Shown: piece after piece, positions 1 through 13,370 of the stretch
Layout: each line of letters opens with the position of its first letter
How positions within the stretch are numbered: position 1 is the stretch's first letter
Origin: Felis catus
Taxonomy: Eukaryota
Assembly (NCBI RefSeq): GCF_018350175.1
Contig: NC_058383.1
Location: forward strand, 4,278,001 to 4,342,000
Length of the DNA stretch: 64,000 nucleotides
Direction: 5' to 3'
Translations under genes and position numbers: made by a program
The notes under the pieces: model-generated
What the model saw: only the letters and a program-made list of their open reading frames with translations
The model's database searches: none
Told to the model about the DNA's origin: nothing

Positions 1-2987
1 TCGGAAACGAAAATACTCGCACGTGACAATGAAAAGCCAATGGCAGGGAAGGGAGCCTGCGGGCCTCCGCTCTCCTGGCGCTCCGGATGCCTCCCCCCGC
101 CCCCCCACCCCCGGAGCACCTTCAGACGCTCCGGCCAGGGGCTTTGGTGGCGTGGCAGCAAAGTCAGGGCCCGGGGAGCAGCACGGCCGGGCCGGGAGAG
201 GAGTGAGCCGCCGGGTCCAGGGGCGAGCTGGGCCCAGGAGGGAGGAGCGGCCGTGGGAGGGCAGGGGGGCTTCTGTTTCGACAGGGATAAATGCCCCGAT
301 CTCTCCTCCCTCATTCCCTGTCATCCCCACCTTGTCCCCGGGCCGCTTTCTCTCTCTCTCACACCCACACACACTCACGCGCACACGTGCACACATGCAC
401 ACTCGATCACATGCAGAGGCGAGCACACGGCAGGCGACACTCACGCGTGTGCGCACAGATGGACACGTGTGCACATGCACACGCAGCCACCGGTGCTGAC
501 CAGGCCCCTCTCAGCAGGCAGCATATGGTCCGCACTTAACAGCCCAGTTCTGCCAAGTGGGGACCATTAGGGTGGGTTCTTTTCCCAGCATAAAATGCTG
601 CAGAATATAAATTGCAATTAACGCTGCTGCCAAAATGGCACTTAGCGCGAACAAGCACATTATTAACATCTGGTGGATCCCGTCTCGGGTGTCGAGGCAG
701 CGGAAATTCTCGCCCTAAGTAGAAGAACGGTTACGGGGGACGCTAACAATACAAGGTCTACTGTCTGGGGGCCGTTTTCCACCGCAGCTCTTGCCCCAGC
801 CTCCGGTGAACGGCCCCTCCCAGCCTGGCGGTGGGCGTAAGCGATGCCGCCGGTTGAAACTGCTTGCTCAGGACAACGGCCGTCCAGGCCGGCGCGTGAA
901 CACACGATCGCAGCCTCTGGACAAAGCGCGTTCTCCAGCCTGAGCCCAGGTTGCTCTGAAGGAGACCACCCAGGGCCCTGGGCCACCTCCCTCCCGGGTC
1001 ACACCTCCCTAGCGGTCAGGCCTCGACCAGACACACTCCTGCACTGAGCACGAGAAGTCACTGCCTGCACTGACCGCGCTCGCCTGGGGGTCTCTAGGCA
1101 CCGCCTGAAAGAAATGTCCCCAAACCGGGGAGGGGAGGTGCTCCCACCAACTCTCAGACCCTCATCTACGGCCACGTGGCCCCCTAGGGACCTCAGCCCT
1201 GTCTCTCCGGGGCCCAGGGCGGTCTGTCCCTCAGCCTGCAAGGCCAGGCATGGCTCTCAGACTGCATCGGGACCTCCAAGGTGAAGGCTGCAGGGCATTC
1301 ACCTGCAGACAGCCTGCAGACCAGTCCCTCTGGCCAGGCTGCAGAGAACTGCCAGCTGCAGCCTGGGGCAAGGAAAGGGCGTGCAACCCTCCCCCCCCCC
1401 CAGCCAGTTTCTCCCAGGGCCCTGACCCCAGGCCTGCTTGATTCCTGCAGCTGCTGTCTGCCCCCTCCAGCCCCTCAGCCCGGCGGGGTCGGAGGCTGCT
1501 GAACCGTTTGCCCCTCACGAATCCAGGGAAGGAAAGGCGAATGAAAAGCCCAGGGACCTGGTCTTCTAGTAGATCAACTGTAGGACACACTACACAGAAC
1601 GGGGGAGTGGGGGAGACCGTCACCACAGAAACCAAGCGGGAAGACGGCCGGGCTGGGGGCCGGAAAGCAGATGACAGCCAGGATGGGCCCCGGCAGCATG
1701 AGCAGGGCCCGGTGGGTTCTGTGCCCCTGGCCCAGAGCACAAGGCCGCCTCCACAGACTGGCCTGCCCCTGGCTGGAAGGTGCCCGGCATCCCCCCCAAG
1801 TCTCCAGGAGCATCGCCAAGGGCAGTGGGGCCGGACTCTCTGGGTAGAAGGAAACCAACCATAGCCCCTCAGAAGCTCCCGGATGAGGGGCCGACGGCTC
1901 CGGGGGAGTCTTGCAGTCGAGAAGGCAGAGGCAGTGGGCTCCACACAGGGAGCGAGGCCCTGGACACTGGGCAGTCGCTCCCCACTTTTGGAATAGCTGC
2001 ACTGAATTTTTTAAAGTGCTAAATAAAGCTATATGAAACGGGGTAATTTGATCCCTCCTCTGGCCTTAAATGTCCTTCCTAACTTTTAATATTTCAGGTT
2101 GCTTTAATGAAGTCAGGTGTATCTGTACTTTCCCAGAAACACGGGGCTTCAAGGGGGCTGCAGGTTTTAAAGCCGAATGTCACGACGGCCGTACGGCGGG
2201 CCAGACCCCAGGCAGTACCCCGCAATCCCAGCCCCGGGGGGCCCTGCCCAGCCAGCGGCCCTGAACTTGGCTGACGCTGTCTGCCTGGAAACATACCGGG
2301 GACATTACTGGGTTAAAACGTGTCTTACTGGGAAAAAGAAGCCCAAACGTGCAGCCACAAAACCTGTGAGCTCCCAGCCGGCCTGAGGGAAGGAGAGTAC
2401 GGTTACCGGCAGCGTGGTCGTGTCACAGGGTAAGCCGAGTCACCCTCACAGGCACCCGCGCCGTCACCGCAGCACTGGGCCCCCGCCGCCCCTCCACAGA
2501 GCCTGACGGCAGGTGGCCAGGAACACACGCAAAGACGGACACTCTGGAGGGCTGAAGTAGCAGTGGGGGCAGCCCTGGGGGCCTCATCAGGGCCCCCAGG
2601 AGCCGGCGCCCCGTGATGGACGCGGGTCTCAGGTCAACACCCACGTGGGGCCCTGCAGGTCGCCCCGACAGCCGGTTCTTCCTTCTCATCCTCCTCACGG
2701 ATCTGAACCCATGATTCAGCGAGGGCCAAGAGAAAGCGAGAGGAAGCCCCGGGGGGGGGCCCCGGGGGTGGTGGGTGCACAGGACGGCTGGGCGGAGGGG
2801 GCTTTCTTCGTCTTGTGACCCAAAAGGCCCTGGCGTCCGGCAGGGGCAGGCGGTGGGCAGGAGCGGCGAGGCCACGTGCCCACTCGGGGCAGTCCCGCTT
2901 CCTGGCCCAGGAGACGGACAGAGGCGACAGCGGCAGGCGAGAGGCTTGGCTGACGGAAGCAGCTTCGGCCAGTGCGAGCTGAACCTG

Positions 2988-3144
2988 TCACCACCACAAG
3001 TTCGGTGGCTCCTCGGCCACTCTGCTTTTAAATAAGGTGATCTCATCCAGGTGCACCATGGGGACGTCCCGGATGACATTGGTCAGGCCCTCGTGGAGCA
3101 GAGGGAAGATGACGACATTCAGCGCGGGCCGCTCAGCCTGGAAA
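2988..3144 (-). CDS. FBXL18: FBXL18 coding exon 5 (last), ...SFQAERPALNVVIFPLL...EEPPNLWW*
   Basis: AG acceptor at 3145-3146, TGA at 2988-2990; phase matches exon 4 (AG|T = Ser); matches the recalled FBXL18 C-terminus. Confidence 0.96.
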
Positions 3145-5818
3145 CTGAACCAGAGGCAAGCCGTTAGCGGGGCCCCGTGGAGGTGGGCGCCGCGGGGGCG
3201 AGGCGCAGGGCTGCAGGGGGAAGGCGCAGGGCTGAGCCAGCCCGCCCACCAACAGAAATGGGCCTCCGGGAGCAGCGGGGCGGGGGGCAGCCAGAGGGAA
3301 AGCCACCGACTTAGGGTGGTGGCATTTCTGTGGGGTTCACAGGAGACACCCAGACACCCATTCTCCTGCCAGGGGAGGGACCAGGAGAGCGGCCTGTCGG
3401 AACAGGCCATCGCATTCCTACACAGTGGGGGCTCCTGGGAGCTGCAGAAGCCACGCCTGGCCAGGACAACACCCGCAGGGGGTGGAGAAAGAAACGGCAG
3501 CCAAACCTGCCTGCCCACAGGCCACCCTGCGGGCACAGAACCCCCAAGTCAGATGAGGCGGCCCTGTGCCCGGCCCTGCTGCTGGGAGCCACAAGCCCTC
3601 ACCTGAAGTCATGACTAAGGGGGTCAGATTTCCTCCCCACCCTCCCCACCCCACAGAGGGGGCAGTCTGCCCTGCCCACAGCACACAGGAAGCGTCCAAC
3701 TGCCACGGAAAGTCTCGGGTCACCCTCCCCGGGGCCCCGCGTGGACAGCCAGCGGGGTGACCGGCCCCCATCACCCTGGCCGTGGGGCCCCTCCCTCCCT
3801 GCTTAGAGCAAAGGCCCTGCTGGTACCCGCCCACTCCGCACAGTGGCCAAGAGACAAAACACAAGTGTGGCTGCAGGAGCCCCAGAAAGACAACACGCTG
3901 GTCCCTACGGAGCGAGACAAAAGACCTCCGGACCCCGGAGCGACTCTGGTTCTGGAAGAAAGGCCCGTCCCACGGGTCTCAAGGGGCAAGAGATGCAAAG
4001 GTGCCCACAGGGCAGGGACCCTGGGCATCTGGCAAAACAAAGGCAGCGCCCCTGCAGCCCCGGGACTGCTGAAAGGGACCAGGAAACCGCGGCCCCGGCC
4101 CTCCCTGGGGTCCCCAGTGGACACGGTGATGGATTTACGACACACGGAAAGTAAATGCCAGAGAGGTACTCATAAAGCTGGATGCTTTGGCAATAAAGAT
4201 GCCAAGAAAATGCCTCCCGGTTCCGCATTCAGTGGCCTGCTCGCGGGCGACGGTGTCTGTGACCGTGAACCTCAAGGCAAGTCCTTGCCTGCAAACCCGC
4301 CCTGCAACTGACTTGAAACAAAATATCCTCGGATGTGGGATGTGCCTGCAAAGACTCCCCTCCCGCCAGCCTGCCTTCCCGAGGCAGCGTCACCCCAGGC
4401 TCTTCACAGGCTGCTGTCAGGATGCTAACGGGGGATTAATTTCTCACCCAGAGCCAGGACAGGAATGCAGCTGCCTGCCCAGCTTTGCTCCTCGTGCGCA
4501 GCCCCGGGGGCGGCTCCGGGTGGCCGCCCAGGTGGCCGGGCCCAGCAGCACTTGGGGCCGCACACAGAAGGTCCCCGGGGCCACGGGCAGACGTGCTACC
4601 GCCACAACTGAACCCCACGTCCTTCCCTCTCTCAGTTCACACCTGGATTCACGTGGACTTGGACAGAGCTCCGGGAGCACACCCACAGTCGCGGTCTCCG
4701 CAAAGCCCCTCCCTGGGCCTCAAGAAGCCAGTGCTCTCTCAGCCACAGCCTCAGGGCCCCTTCAGGGCATCGCCCCCGCTGGCCAGCCCGGCCTGTGACA
4801 CCACTGGACATCACACAGCAGGCGGGCCTCGCCCAGAGCGAAGACGTGATGACAAGTGGGAAGACGGCAACCACTCACGTCCAAGTGCAGGGCTGGGGCT
4901 GCCTTTGGGGCGGGAAGGGGCCCCACGGGTGAAGGCCAGTCCTCGATAGGGCAGGGGTGGTGGGGGCGGGGGGGGCTTGTGTGATCCGTTCTGCTCCCTG
5001 TACCCTGCCACATAACTTACGTACGTGCTACAATGTTCTTTTGCATGATGCAAATATAGTTTGAAATTCAAGTAAACAGATCCAGTGAATTAAAATTTCT
5101 GGCTACCCGCGTTCAGAAGCCACACTACGGAGGACAGGTCACCCCTCAGAACCTCTCCCCTGCTCAGGGCCAGTTGCGTTGCTAACCATAAAGACCCAAG
5201 GCCGAGCTTCTGGCCCTGAGTCACGGAGGGCGAGAGCCAGCCCCCGGAGGTCAATGGGCTTGCCCCTAGGTGTCACCCTGAGGTACCCCGAGGAGGTCTC
5301 CGGTCGCGGTCCTCAGGCCCGGCTACGCCCCGTGCTGTCCTGGGCGGCAACGCCAGCCCGGGACAGGCATCGGGCAGAGCACAAGGCAGGTGCCCTGGCC
5401 TTCCCGGAGCTGCACCAGCAGAAACCTCGCCGAGGAACAGAGGGACCCACACGCGGAGGCCTGCTCACCTGTCCTAACGCCGGCACCTGTGAGCTCGGCC
5501 GCCGGGCTCCCACCAGGAACAGTGACACGTGACAGCAGAGGCAGGGAGGGGACCCCACAAGAAGCAGGAGAACCAGGGGTCACGGTGGATGGGGCAGAAA
5601 GCCTGCCCTTCCTGGAGGGCCAGAGGACGATGCTTAAGAAAAGGTAAACTGTATTTACTCTCCACCATTTAGAATGGCTGGAAGGAAAGAAAAACTCTAC
5701 CTGAGGCTGTTGCACACACACCAGGAGTATTTAAACGGCGCCTTCGGCCACCCAAAAGTCTCAGGACCCAAAATGCCTTCTCTGCACACTCTCAAAGCAG
5801 AAGAAATGTTTCACTTCT

Positions 5819-6037
5819 TTTTTTTTTTTTTTTTCAACGTTTATTTATTTTTGGGACAGAGAGAGACAGAGCATGAACGGGGGAGGGGCAGAGAGAGAGG
5901 GAGACACAGAATCGGAAACAGGCTCCAGGCTCCGAGCCATCAGCCCAGAGCCCGACGCGGGGCTCAAACTCACAGACCGCGAGATCGTGACCTGGCCGAA
6001 GTTGGACGCTTAACCGACTGCGCCACCCAGGCACCCC
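5819..6037 (-). mobile_element. Young felid SINE (SINEC_Fc-type)
   Basis: Full-length, clean tail, 17-bp TSD AGAAATGTTTCACTTCT at 5802-5818 and 6039-6055. Confidence 0.95.
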
Positions 6038-9000
6038 TAGAAATGTTTCACTTCTAAACCACTGCTCTGTTTAAAGAGAAAATACGACAGAAACGGTACA
6101 GGAGAGCGCAGAGGCCCGGGCACCGCCTCAGCCGGACCAGCCGCCCGCCTCGCCACCTCACGTGCGTCTTGCTGTCGTACTGAACGCGCTCGTTCTAGAC
6201 GTGGCTTAGGGGACACAGCAAACGTACATGACATGGGTCAGCTTTGTTGTGCTTGTTCCAGTCCTTGACATCTTTATGTTAAACAAGGACACGGCACGGC
6301 CACAGCAGCGGGACCGTGTGCACTCCGGCCTGACGGAGACGGGGCGCCCGGCACGCCGGCGGGCATCGCCCAGGTGCACACACGCAGGGGCCTTTCCTCT
6401 TACTACCGTGTTGATAAACGTCAGCTAACGTGGTACAATTATTTCTGCGTTTTGAATTGTTTCCTCAGAATAAATCCCAGAAACAGGGTTACTGGGTCAA
6501 AATGTATGAACACTTTTACACCTCGAAGGACAAGGCTGTAACGACCTCAGACAGCAGTGACGGCCACAGTGAGGAGCCCGCGGGCTGACCCACCCACCCT
6601 CAGGGGGTCAGGAGAACACTGTTCCAGCACGATCAAGGTGGAGAACAGCTGGGGGCTCCCCCATCAGCAAGGGCACCTTCGTCCTGTGAGCCTACTATGC
6701 ATCGGCCCGCGGCCCTTTCGGAGAAGCGGACAGAATGGGCCTGGACTCCGTGCTCATCACCAGCAGGAGCAGACAACGCGGGGGCTCTGCACAGTGACCA
6801 TGCTGGAACCGGCTCTGGGCCCGACTCTAGAGTGAGGGAGGGACCCTGGGACCTCACGGCCTGCACGTGCCACAGAGGCGGGAAGGGCTCCTGGAGGGGC
6901 AGGCCGGATGCAGCCTGGAGGCAGAACTGGTTCTATCAGCTTCGAAACACCCACCGGGTGTACTTCTTTGCAGAGAAACTAGAGGCAACATTGAGACTCA
7001 CAGCCTCTTCCCCCCAAGACAAAGGTCTTCTAGAAAAGCCAAAGTGGGAAGATAAGTCAGAGAAGCCACCCATACGGTAATAACAGTCTTCAAGAAGCAC
7101 GAAGACAGACGGCAAAACTCAGTGAAACCTGCAACAGGGAGGAGAGAAGGGACTTCTGTCAGAGTCCACAGAACTGAGACGCTGCTCTAGGGAGCAGTAC
7201 GGGCACACTGCCGAGCTCCTGGACGATCCCACAGATGCCCAGCGCCAACCTCGGAGTGGCCCGGGTTCTGCCTGCGGGTCCTCCCCTCATGGCCAGGGAG
7301 TACCCCAGGAGAGACTAGACCTTTCCGGTCTCCTGCCCACCAGCCGGTGCAGCCACAGCCCGCTACGGGCTACTGGACCTCGTCCCGCCACTCGGGGGGC
7401 CTGGACAACATGGACCACGGGAGATTTTAATCACTGAACCGTCTTCTACACTGACCAGCAGCGTGGGGCTCCAGTCTGGCCCCTGACGTGGCTCTCCACC
7501 CCCCTGTGGTGATGTGTGGCCGGGGGCTACGGCGGGTCCCACGGCACCTGGCCCAAGGCCTGCCCGCTCCCAGATCCAGCCCCTTGGGCCTCCCCCACCA
7601 ACGGAGCCAGAACTCACCAGCCTCCTGGCTGTGAGGCAAGGCCAAGGGCTCCCCCCGGCTGAGCCCGAGAAGCAAAGCCCTGCTGGCCTGGTCCTTTTCC
7701 GGGTCACATGTGGATCAGCAATCCAGGTGGGAATGACGAAATCCTCCCAGAAACCTGCCCGGAAACCGTCGTGAGGCAACGCCATTCACGGTGGAGCTCA
7801 ACTGCCCCTTTACCAGCAATTAAGGCTGCAAAACAGCGCTAATTCTGAATTTTAAAATCCACTTTCAATTCTAAAGCTCCCAAGGTTCCCCAGACTTGAA
7901 CAATTGATCGCTCCATCTGTAAACTTTACTCGTTTCTAAACACATTTCCAGAACACAAACGCAGACGGAGCCCCGCGGCACAGGGGCGTGGGCGGCCCGG
8001 CCGCCAGGGCCCCGGCACCGGCCGGGAAGGAGCTCACGGGCTCGGGGCAGGGTCGGGGAACGTCCCTCCGGCTCGGGCGGCTAGGAACTTGCAGCGAACC
8101 GCCTGCCGACCTCACAGGCCCACATTCCTCGCCAGCACAAGACTCTCCAGGACACCTGGGGGAAGGAATTTCCACACAGGCCTCGCAGGCAGAGACGTGA
8201 CCCCGTCTCGTGGAATGTCCGACCCGAGGCGCAGAGGCTCAGGGGGGGCGGAGGACATCGCCTGCCCCTGCCCGGGGTCGGGGTTCCCGACATTCCTGAA
8301 AAAGGAGGCTGCCCCACTCCGGCTCGAGACCCCTCAGGATGACAAACGACAGAGGTCAGTGACAAGTAAACACGCGCGGCCTGGAAAGACCAGGGATGGG
8401 CGTGGCCCCCAGGGCACTGGCGCCTGGAACGCCACCACCTTCTGGAAAGCACCCGGCTGAGTCTCAGAACCAGCACGTCCTCACATCAGACACCTCTAGC
8501 AACGGACAGGAGACGCCTGAGGGCACAAGCCTCTTCCGCCCCGCCGTCTTGCTTCCCTGAGTGCCCCTGCCACGGAGACAGAGCACGCGGGGGATCATGG
8601 GAGCAGCAGAGGGCCCCTCACTCTCAGGATGACCGGGACAGTCCCCGACCTCACGAAGCCGGGCTGCCCCATCTGCAGAGCAGAAGGTCCGGCCGCCGCC
8701 CGTGTAACACTCACCAGGGCGGGCACAGAGTCGGTGAGATGCTATTTTAGACAGGAAACTCAGCTCAGACGGAAGAGTGACTTGAAGTCACAGAGCGAGT
8801 AAGTGAAGAGGCCACAGCGTGAGCCCAGCTGATGGGATCTGAGGGCACAAGGTAGGGCTGAGCTCAGCAGGATGCCACACAGACTAAAGCAAGCTGCCGT
8901 CACTCTGTGTGGGACACCAAGAACACTGGAGGGCTGACACGGCCCTCGCCCACCCCCCGGGGGCCACGAGGCCTCGCAGGAAGCTTCCAGGAAGGGCAGA

Positions 9001-10139
9001 GTCAAAGAAAACCAGAAAAGCTGACAGCCCCCTGGAAAGAGCCCTCCCCACCCGGTACTAGGCCAGGGGACAGCGGACAGCAGAGCCGCGGCTTGGTGTG
9101 CGGCCCAGACCTGAAAAGTCAAAGGACAGTCCCGCCACAGAGGAAGGGCCGCGCCGCCCGGCTCCTCGCCAGGCTGACCGGGGCCCAGACAGAGGGGCAG
9201 CCAGGCGCTACTAACCTGGCGGGGACAGGACTCCGGGTCTCTAGGAGAGACAGCAAACGGAACCGACAGGCAAGGTGTCTGAGGCCAGGAGGGAACTGGG
9301 GGCAAACAGCCGACCCCGTGAAGCCGGGTGTGCCCGTGGCGGGAGGAGGGCGGCGGGCGGGAAAGCTTTGTCCCGCTCCCCAGAGGGGCCCTGAGAGCCC
9401 CGGGCCCACAGGCGTCGCTGCCCCGCGGCACCGTCCGAGCTCTAAACCCAGACCCGACAGTGGGAACACCAGAGGACCCAAAGTGGGGGAACGTGCAGAA
9501 GAAGCCCTCCAAACCCAGAGGGGGGGACGCCACAGAGGTCAGAGAAAGGCCCGAGTGTTCAGCGTTTCAAACTTGAAAGAGCAAAGAACAGAAAGTAAGA
9601 AAGAACGGATGCCTGTCAGGACGCTGCGCTTGGTGTGGGACACACATCGCCACCGCCGTTACGACTGTGTCCGGTACGGTCACAAACCCGCCTCCCAACT
9701 GAGGAAACTGAGGCAGCCTGAGAGGCAGGGCTGGGCTCCAAGCCCAAGTCCCGATGCCACCCCCACGAAGGGCACCACGACGGGACCTGTGAGACACATG
9801 GAGATCAGACACATAAACCAGAGGGAAAGCGCCGACCCCGAAGAGAGGAGCCACTCGCCCAGTGACAGGACCGCAGATGTGACAGCAGCCCTGTGGCTGA
9901 GTCACAGCTGAGTCACGGGGAGAAACCGGGCAGGGAGTGGCAGGGCAGCCCAGGGCCAAGTGCGCCCCCCTGCTGGCTCCACAATTCCCTGAGCCTGAGG
10001 CAGGGAAGGAGATAAGAGAAAAGAAAGGCAGCAGAAAAGTGACGACGAATCCCAGCCTTTCCCTTTTCCCTGGTGGAACGCAGGCCTGGAGCCCAGAAAC
10101 CTAGGGCCGGGTCGGGAACCTTCTGGTTACTGTGAGCCA

Positions 10140-10158
10140 CGGCGCCATCTGCTGGCGA
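10140..10158 (-). promoter_or_regulatory. Candidate CTCF site
   Basis: Minus strand TCGCCAGCAGATGGCGCCG. Confidence 0.5.
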
Positions 10159-12178
10159 CATCGCAGAAAAGCAGCTGGCCCCTGCTGTGGCAGCAAGGCC
10201 GCAAGGGGCCCCGCAGCCCAGGGTCCTGCGCGACTGGAAAGGCCAGCAGGTCACCCGTGTGCGGCCCGACTGCCGGAGCCTCCCTGTGCTGGCCCAGACC
10301 CACAGCAGGGGCCGCGCCACAGACAAGCGCAGAGGCCACCGGGACACCCGCGCAGAGGCGGGCCAGCACCTCTCCCGTCGGGCTGCATCTCGGCCCTGCC
10401 CCCTGCAGCACGGCCAGAGAAAGGCTTCCGGTAGAACCTGGACGTGGGTGCAGCTCTGGCAAGCACAGAAGATTCTTCAGACCTGTGAGCCTCCCTCAGG
10501 GCTTGCAGGCTCAGGGTGAAATGCCCACGTGGCTCTGGAGAGCCCAAGCAGCACCCGGCAAGGCCCTAACCCTTCTCCCCTCTGGACACAACCTCCCATC
10601 CTCCCCATGCTGGGGTCCAGGCTGCACTCCTCACCTGACTCTGAGAGCCCTCAGTTTCCCCATCTGTACACCAGGACTAATGGCCCCTATCTCAGAGGAC
10701 TTCCGTGAGGCTTGAGTAAGAGGCAACGATACACAGCGCTGGCACAGCCCCCAGCATCGAGGCAGGGGCCCGGAGCAGAGGCTCCGAGGAGGTTCACTGG
10801 AGACGCGAGGGCTCCAGGCACCGCAGGCCGGAACGGGCCCTTAATTCCCCCGAGGTGGCACTAGGCACGCGGGGACCCGGCCATGGCCCGGGCCTGTGCC
10901 GAGTGCTGGGACGCGGGGACAGAGAGATGGGTGCGGCCTCCGCCCAGGAGGTCCATTTAACCAAGGCCAACCTCAGGTCTGCTCTCGGACGCCGCGCCCC
11001 AAGCGTCGGCCGTGATCGGTGCCCGCTGGGGCCATCAGTGAGCCCAGCCCTGCACCCGGCTCGTGACCCGGGCGCGGAAAACAGAGCACACCGGGCCTCA
11101 GACCTCATCAACTGCAGGGGCTGCAAAGAACATAACTGGGAGTGCTATGCCCCCTAAGAAAGGGGCAGGTGGGCACGGTCCGAGAGGCCAGGGGAGGGAT
11201 GCCCTTGACCAGGCCACCAGGAGGCGAGCAGGCCGCAGACAGGGACCTCGAGAAAAGAACCGAGAGTGAGAAAGAGAAGCTGAGAGCAGGGACTGGCATC
11301 TTCGTGCCAAGAGCACAGCGGCCCGGAGCACTGTGTTGAGAAGGACTCTGAGGATCCGAATGACAAATTACCTTCGTCGGCCAATGACACCCACATGGGG
11401 AGGGAGACGTTCAGACGCTCTCTTGTCACAAGCACGGGCTTCTGAACGGCGTGGTGGCCTCAGATGTTCTCAGCTTCTGAGAAGGCTCCCGTGTGTACCT
11501 GGAAAGCTGGTCCCCGTCTCTGTGGGAAGCTACCCTTCAGCGGGGAGAGAGGCAGAACCCCACAGGGTTCTCCGAGCCGCGGCTTTCGGCAACGGGTGGG
11601 AGCGGACGGGCCAGTCCCGGCTCCTCTGGCAGAACACGTCTAGCGGGGAGGTGCCAGCTCCCCGAAGCCAGAGCCCCCGGGAGCGCGGTGACCTACAGCA
11701 AGTCGGCGAGGGGGACACAGGACTGGCCACTCTTCCCCGTGGCCGAAAGGGCAGAGCCGGCCCAGCAGCGTCTCCATCGTGCGCCAGAGAAAAGCGGCCT
11801 TCGCCTGCACGGACAGCAGGTGCGTGGGGAGAGCACAGGGCGGGGCAGCCGCACGACCTGCCGCGCACCCCACTCCCCGGACAGCTGCGGTCCCTCCCAA
11901 AGCCCACAGCGCCTGGGCCGCACAGCCTGCACCCGACTCGGCCCCCCGAATCCCGGGCACACCAACAGCATTGACTCCATCCCACCCGACAAGCATACTG
12001 AGGTGTGGACACGCGATGGTGAGCTGCCCTCGCCGACACGGGCTCCAGAGCCGGAAGACTCCTGAAGCGGAAGGTGAAGGGGAGTCAGTGGTACACAGAG
12101 TGAGCTACGGCCAGACCAGAGACCACGACCCACCCATGTAACGGACACAAAACAGAATGAAAGGTAATCGTGTGCAGA

Positions 12179-12388
12179 GGGGCACCCGGGTGGCTCAGTC
12201 GGTGAAGCGTCCGACTTCAGCTCACGTCATGACCTCACCATTTGCGAGTTCGAGCCCCGCGTCGGGCTCTGTGCTGACGGCTCGGAGCCTGGAGCCTGCC
12301 TCGGATTCTGTGTCTCCCTCTCTCTCTGCCCCTCCCCTGCTTGCAATCTGTCTCTCTTGCAAAAGTAAACACTACAAAACATTAAGAA
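12179..12388 (+). mobile_element. Can-SINE
   Basis: GGGGCACCCGGGTGGCTCAGTCGG head, B box, CT-rich tract, A-rich tail. Confidence 0.9.
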
Positions 12389-12461
12389 ATGATAACAATC
12401 ATGTGCAGATTTATCGAGGTAAAAACCATCTACAATGTGTTACATTTTTTAAAATCAGAGT

Positions 12462-12578
12462 GGGGCCCCAGGCTGGCTCAGTCCATAGAGCCTGCGAATC
12501 TTGATCTTGTGGTTGTGAGTTCGAGCCCCACGCTGGGTGTAGAGAACACTTAAAAATAAAATCAGAAAAAAAAAAAAA
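12462..12578 (+). mobile_element. Short tRNA-derived Can-SINE
   Basis: tRNA-like body plus A tail; TSD AAAATCAGAGT at 12451-12461 and 12576-12586. Confidence 0.85.
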
Positions 12579-13370
12579 ATCAGAGTACACACCATATGAT
12601 AACTCCACCCCGGGTGGGCCGGCCGTGATGACCTCTGGTTGGTGGAACCGTGGGGAGCTCTCACTGAAAAGCAGCTTGACGCATGGTCCAAATTTTTAGA
12701 GGAGTATTAACATATTATTTCCATAACCAGGGAAAGGAAAACCTCAGCTGGGATTTCTCCTGAGCAGTTCAGCAGCAAACTGCAAAGACAGACGTGAAGT
12801 CTGTCCGGCAAGGCCACCGGAAATTCTGGAGAGCTCCCGGCTGATGGCTGTCTTTGGCATTTTGTTAACATTGGTGGCCTCCTCCCTGTCAGCTCCCCCC
12901 GATCCCCAGGACACAAAACTGGTGGAGGAAGCGACCCTCTCGGCCGTGCTGACCCCAAGCGTCCACACTCAGCTCTCTTTCAGGGACACCGCGCACTTCC
13001 TCACGAGAGGACTCTAAATGGCCGCTGCCCAAACAACCTGCTCACTCGGGTCAAGTTCTCTCCAGGAAGCATTCCTCCCGACTTGTTCAAATTCTGGGAG
13101 CTTATCTAAGTTCTAGCTCCGCCTCCAGGAATGCCACAGTCTTGAGAGGAAGACGGGGGCCCTGGTCTGCAGGGCACTGAAGGCGAGGGGGTGCACGGCT
13201 TCTAAAGACGCCCCAGTGCAGGGCGAGGGGGGCAGAGCGCTGCCCCTCGAGGAGCAGGAAGTGTTTGAACTCTACTGCCTTGACTCACGACTGTCCCAGT
13301 ACCTACTGCTTCAAAGTCTAAATGAAGTGCAAAGACACAAAAAATTTAAGAGTTGAAAGATCTTAGCATT

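Noticed and set aside
348..485. CA/CG-alternating tract giving His/Thr-rich ORFs
   Set aside because: Degenerate dinucleotide low-complexity repeat; no support for coding function
8760..9911. 334-aa (plus) and 257-aa (minus) intronic ORFs
   Set aside because: No recognisable domain; expected by chance at this GC content
12462..12578. tRNA-like sequences, also at 13371, 24360, 28116, 39745, 41316 and 46287
   Set aside because: A-tailed, degenerate tRNA-derived SINE copies, some with TSDs; not tRNA genes
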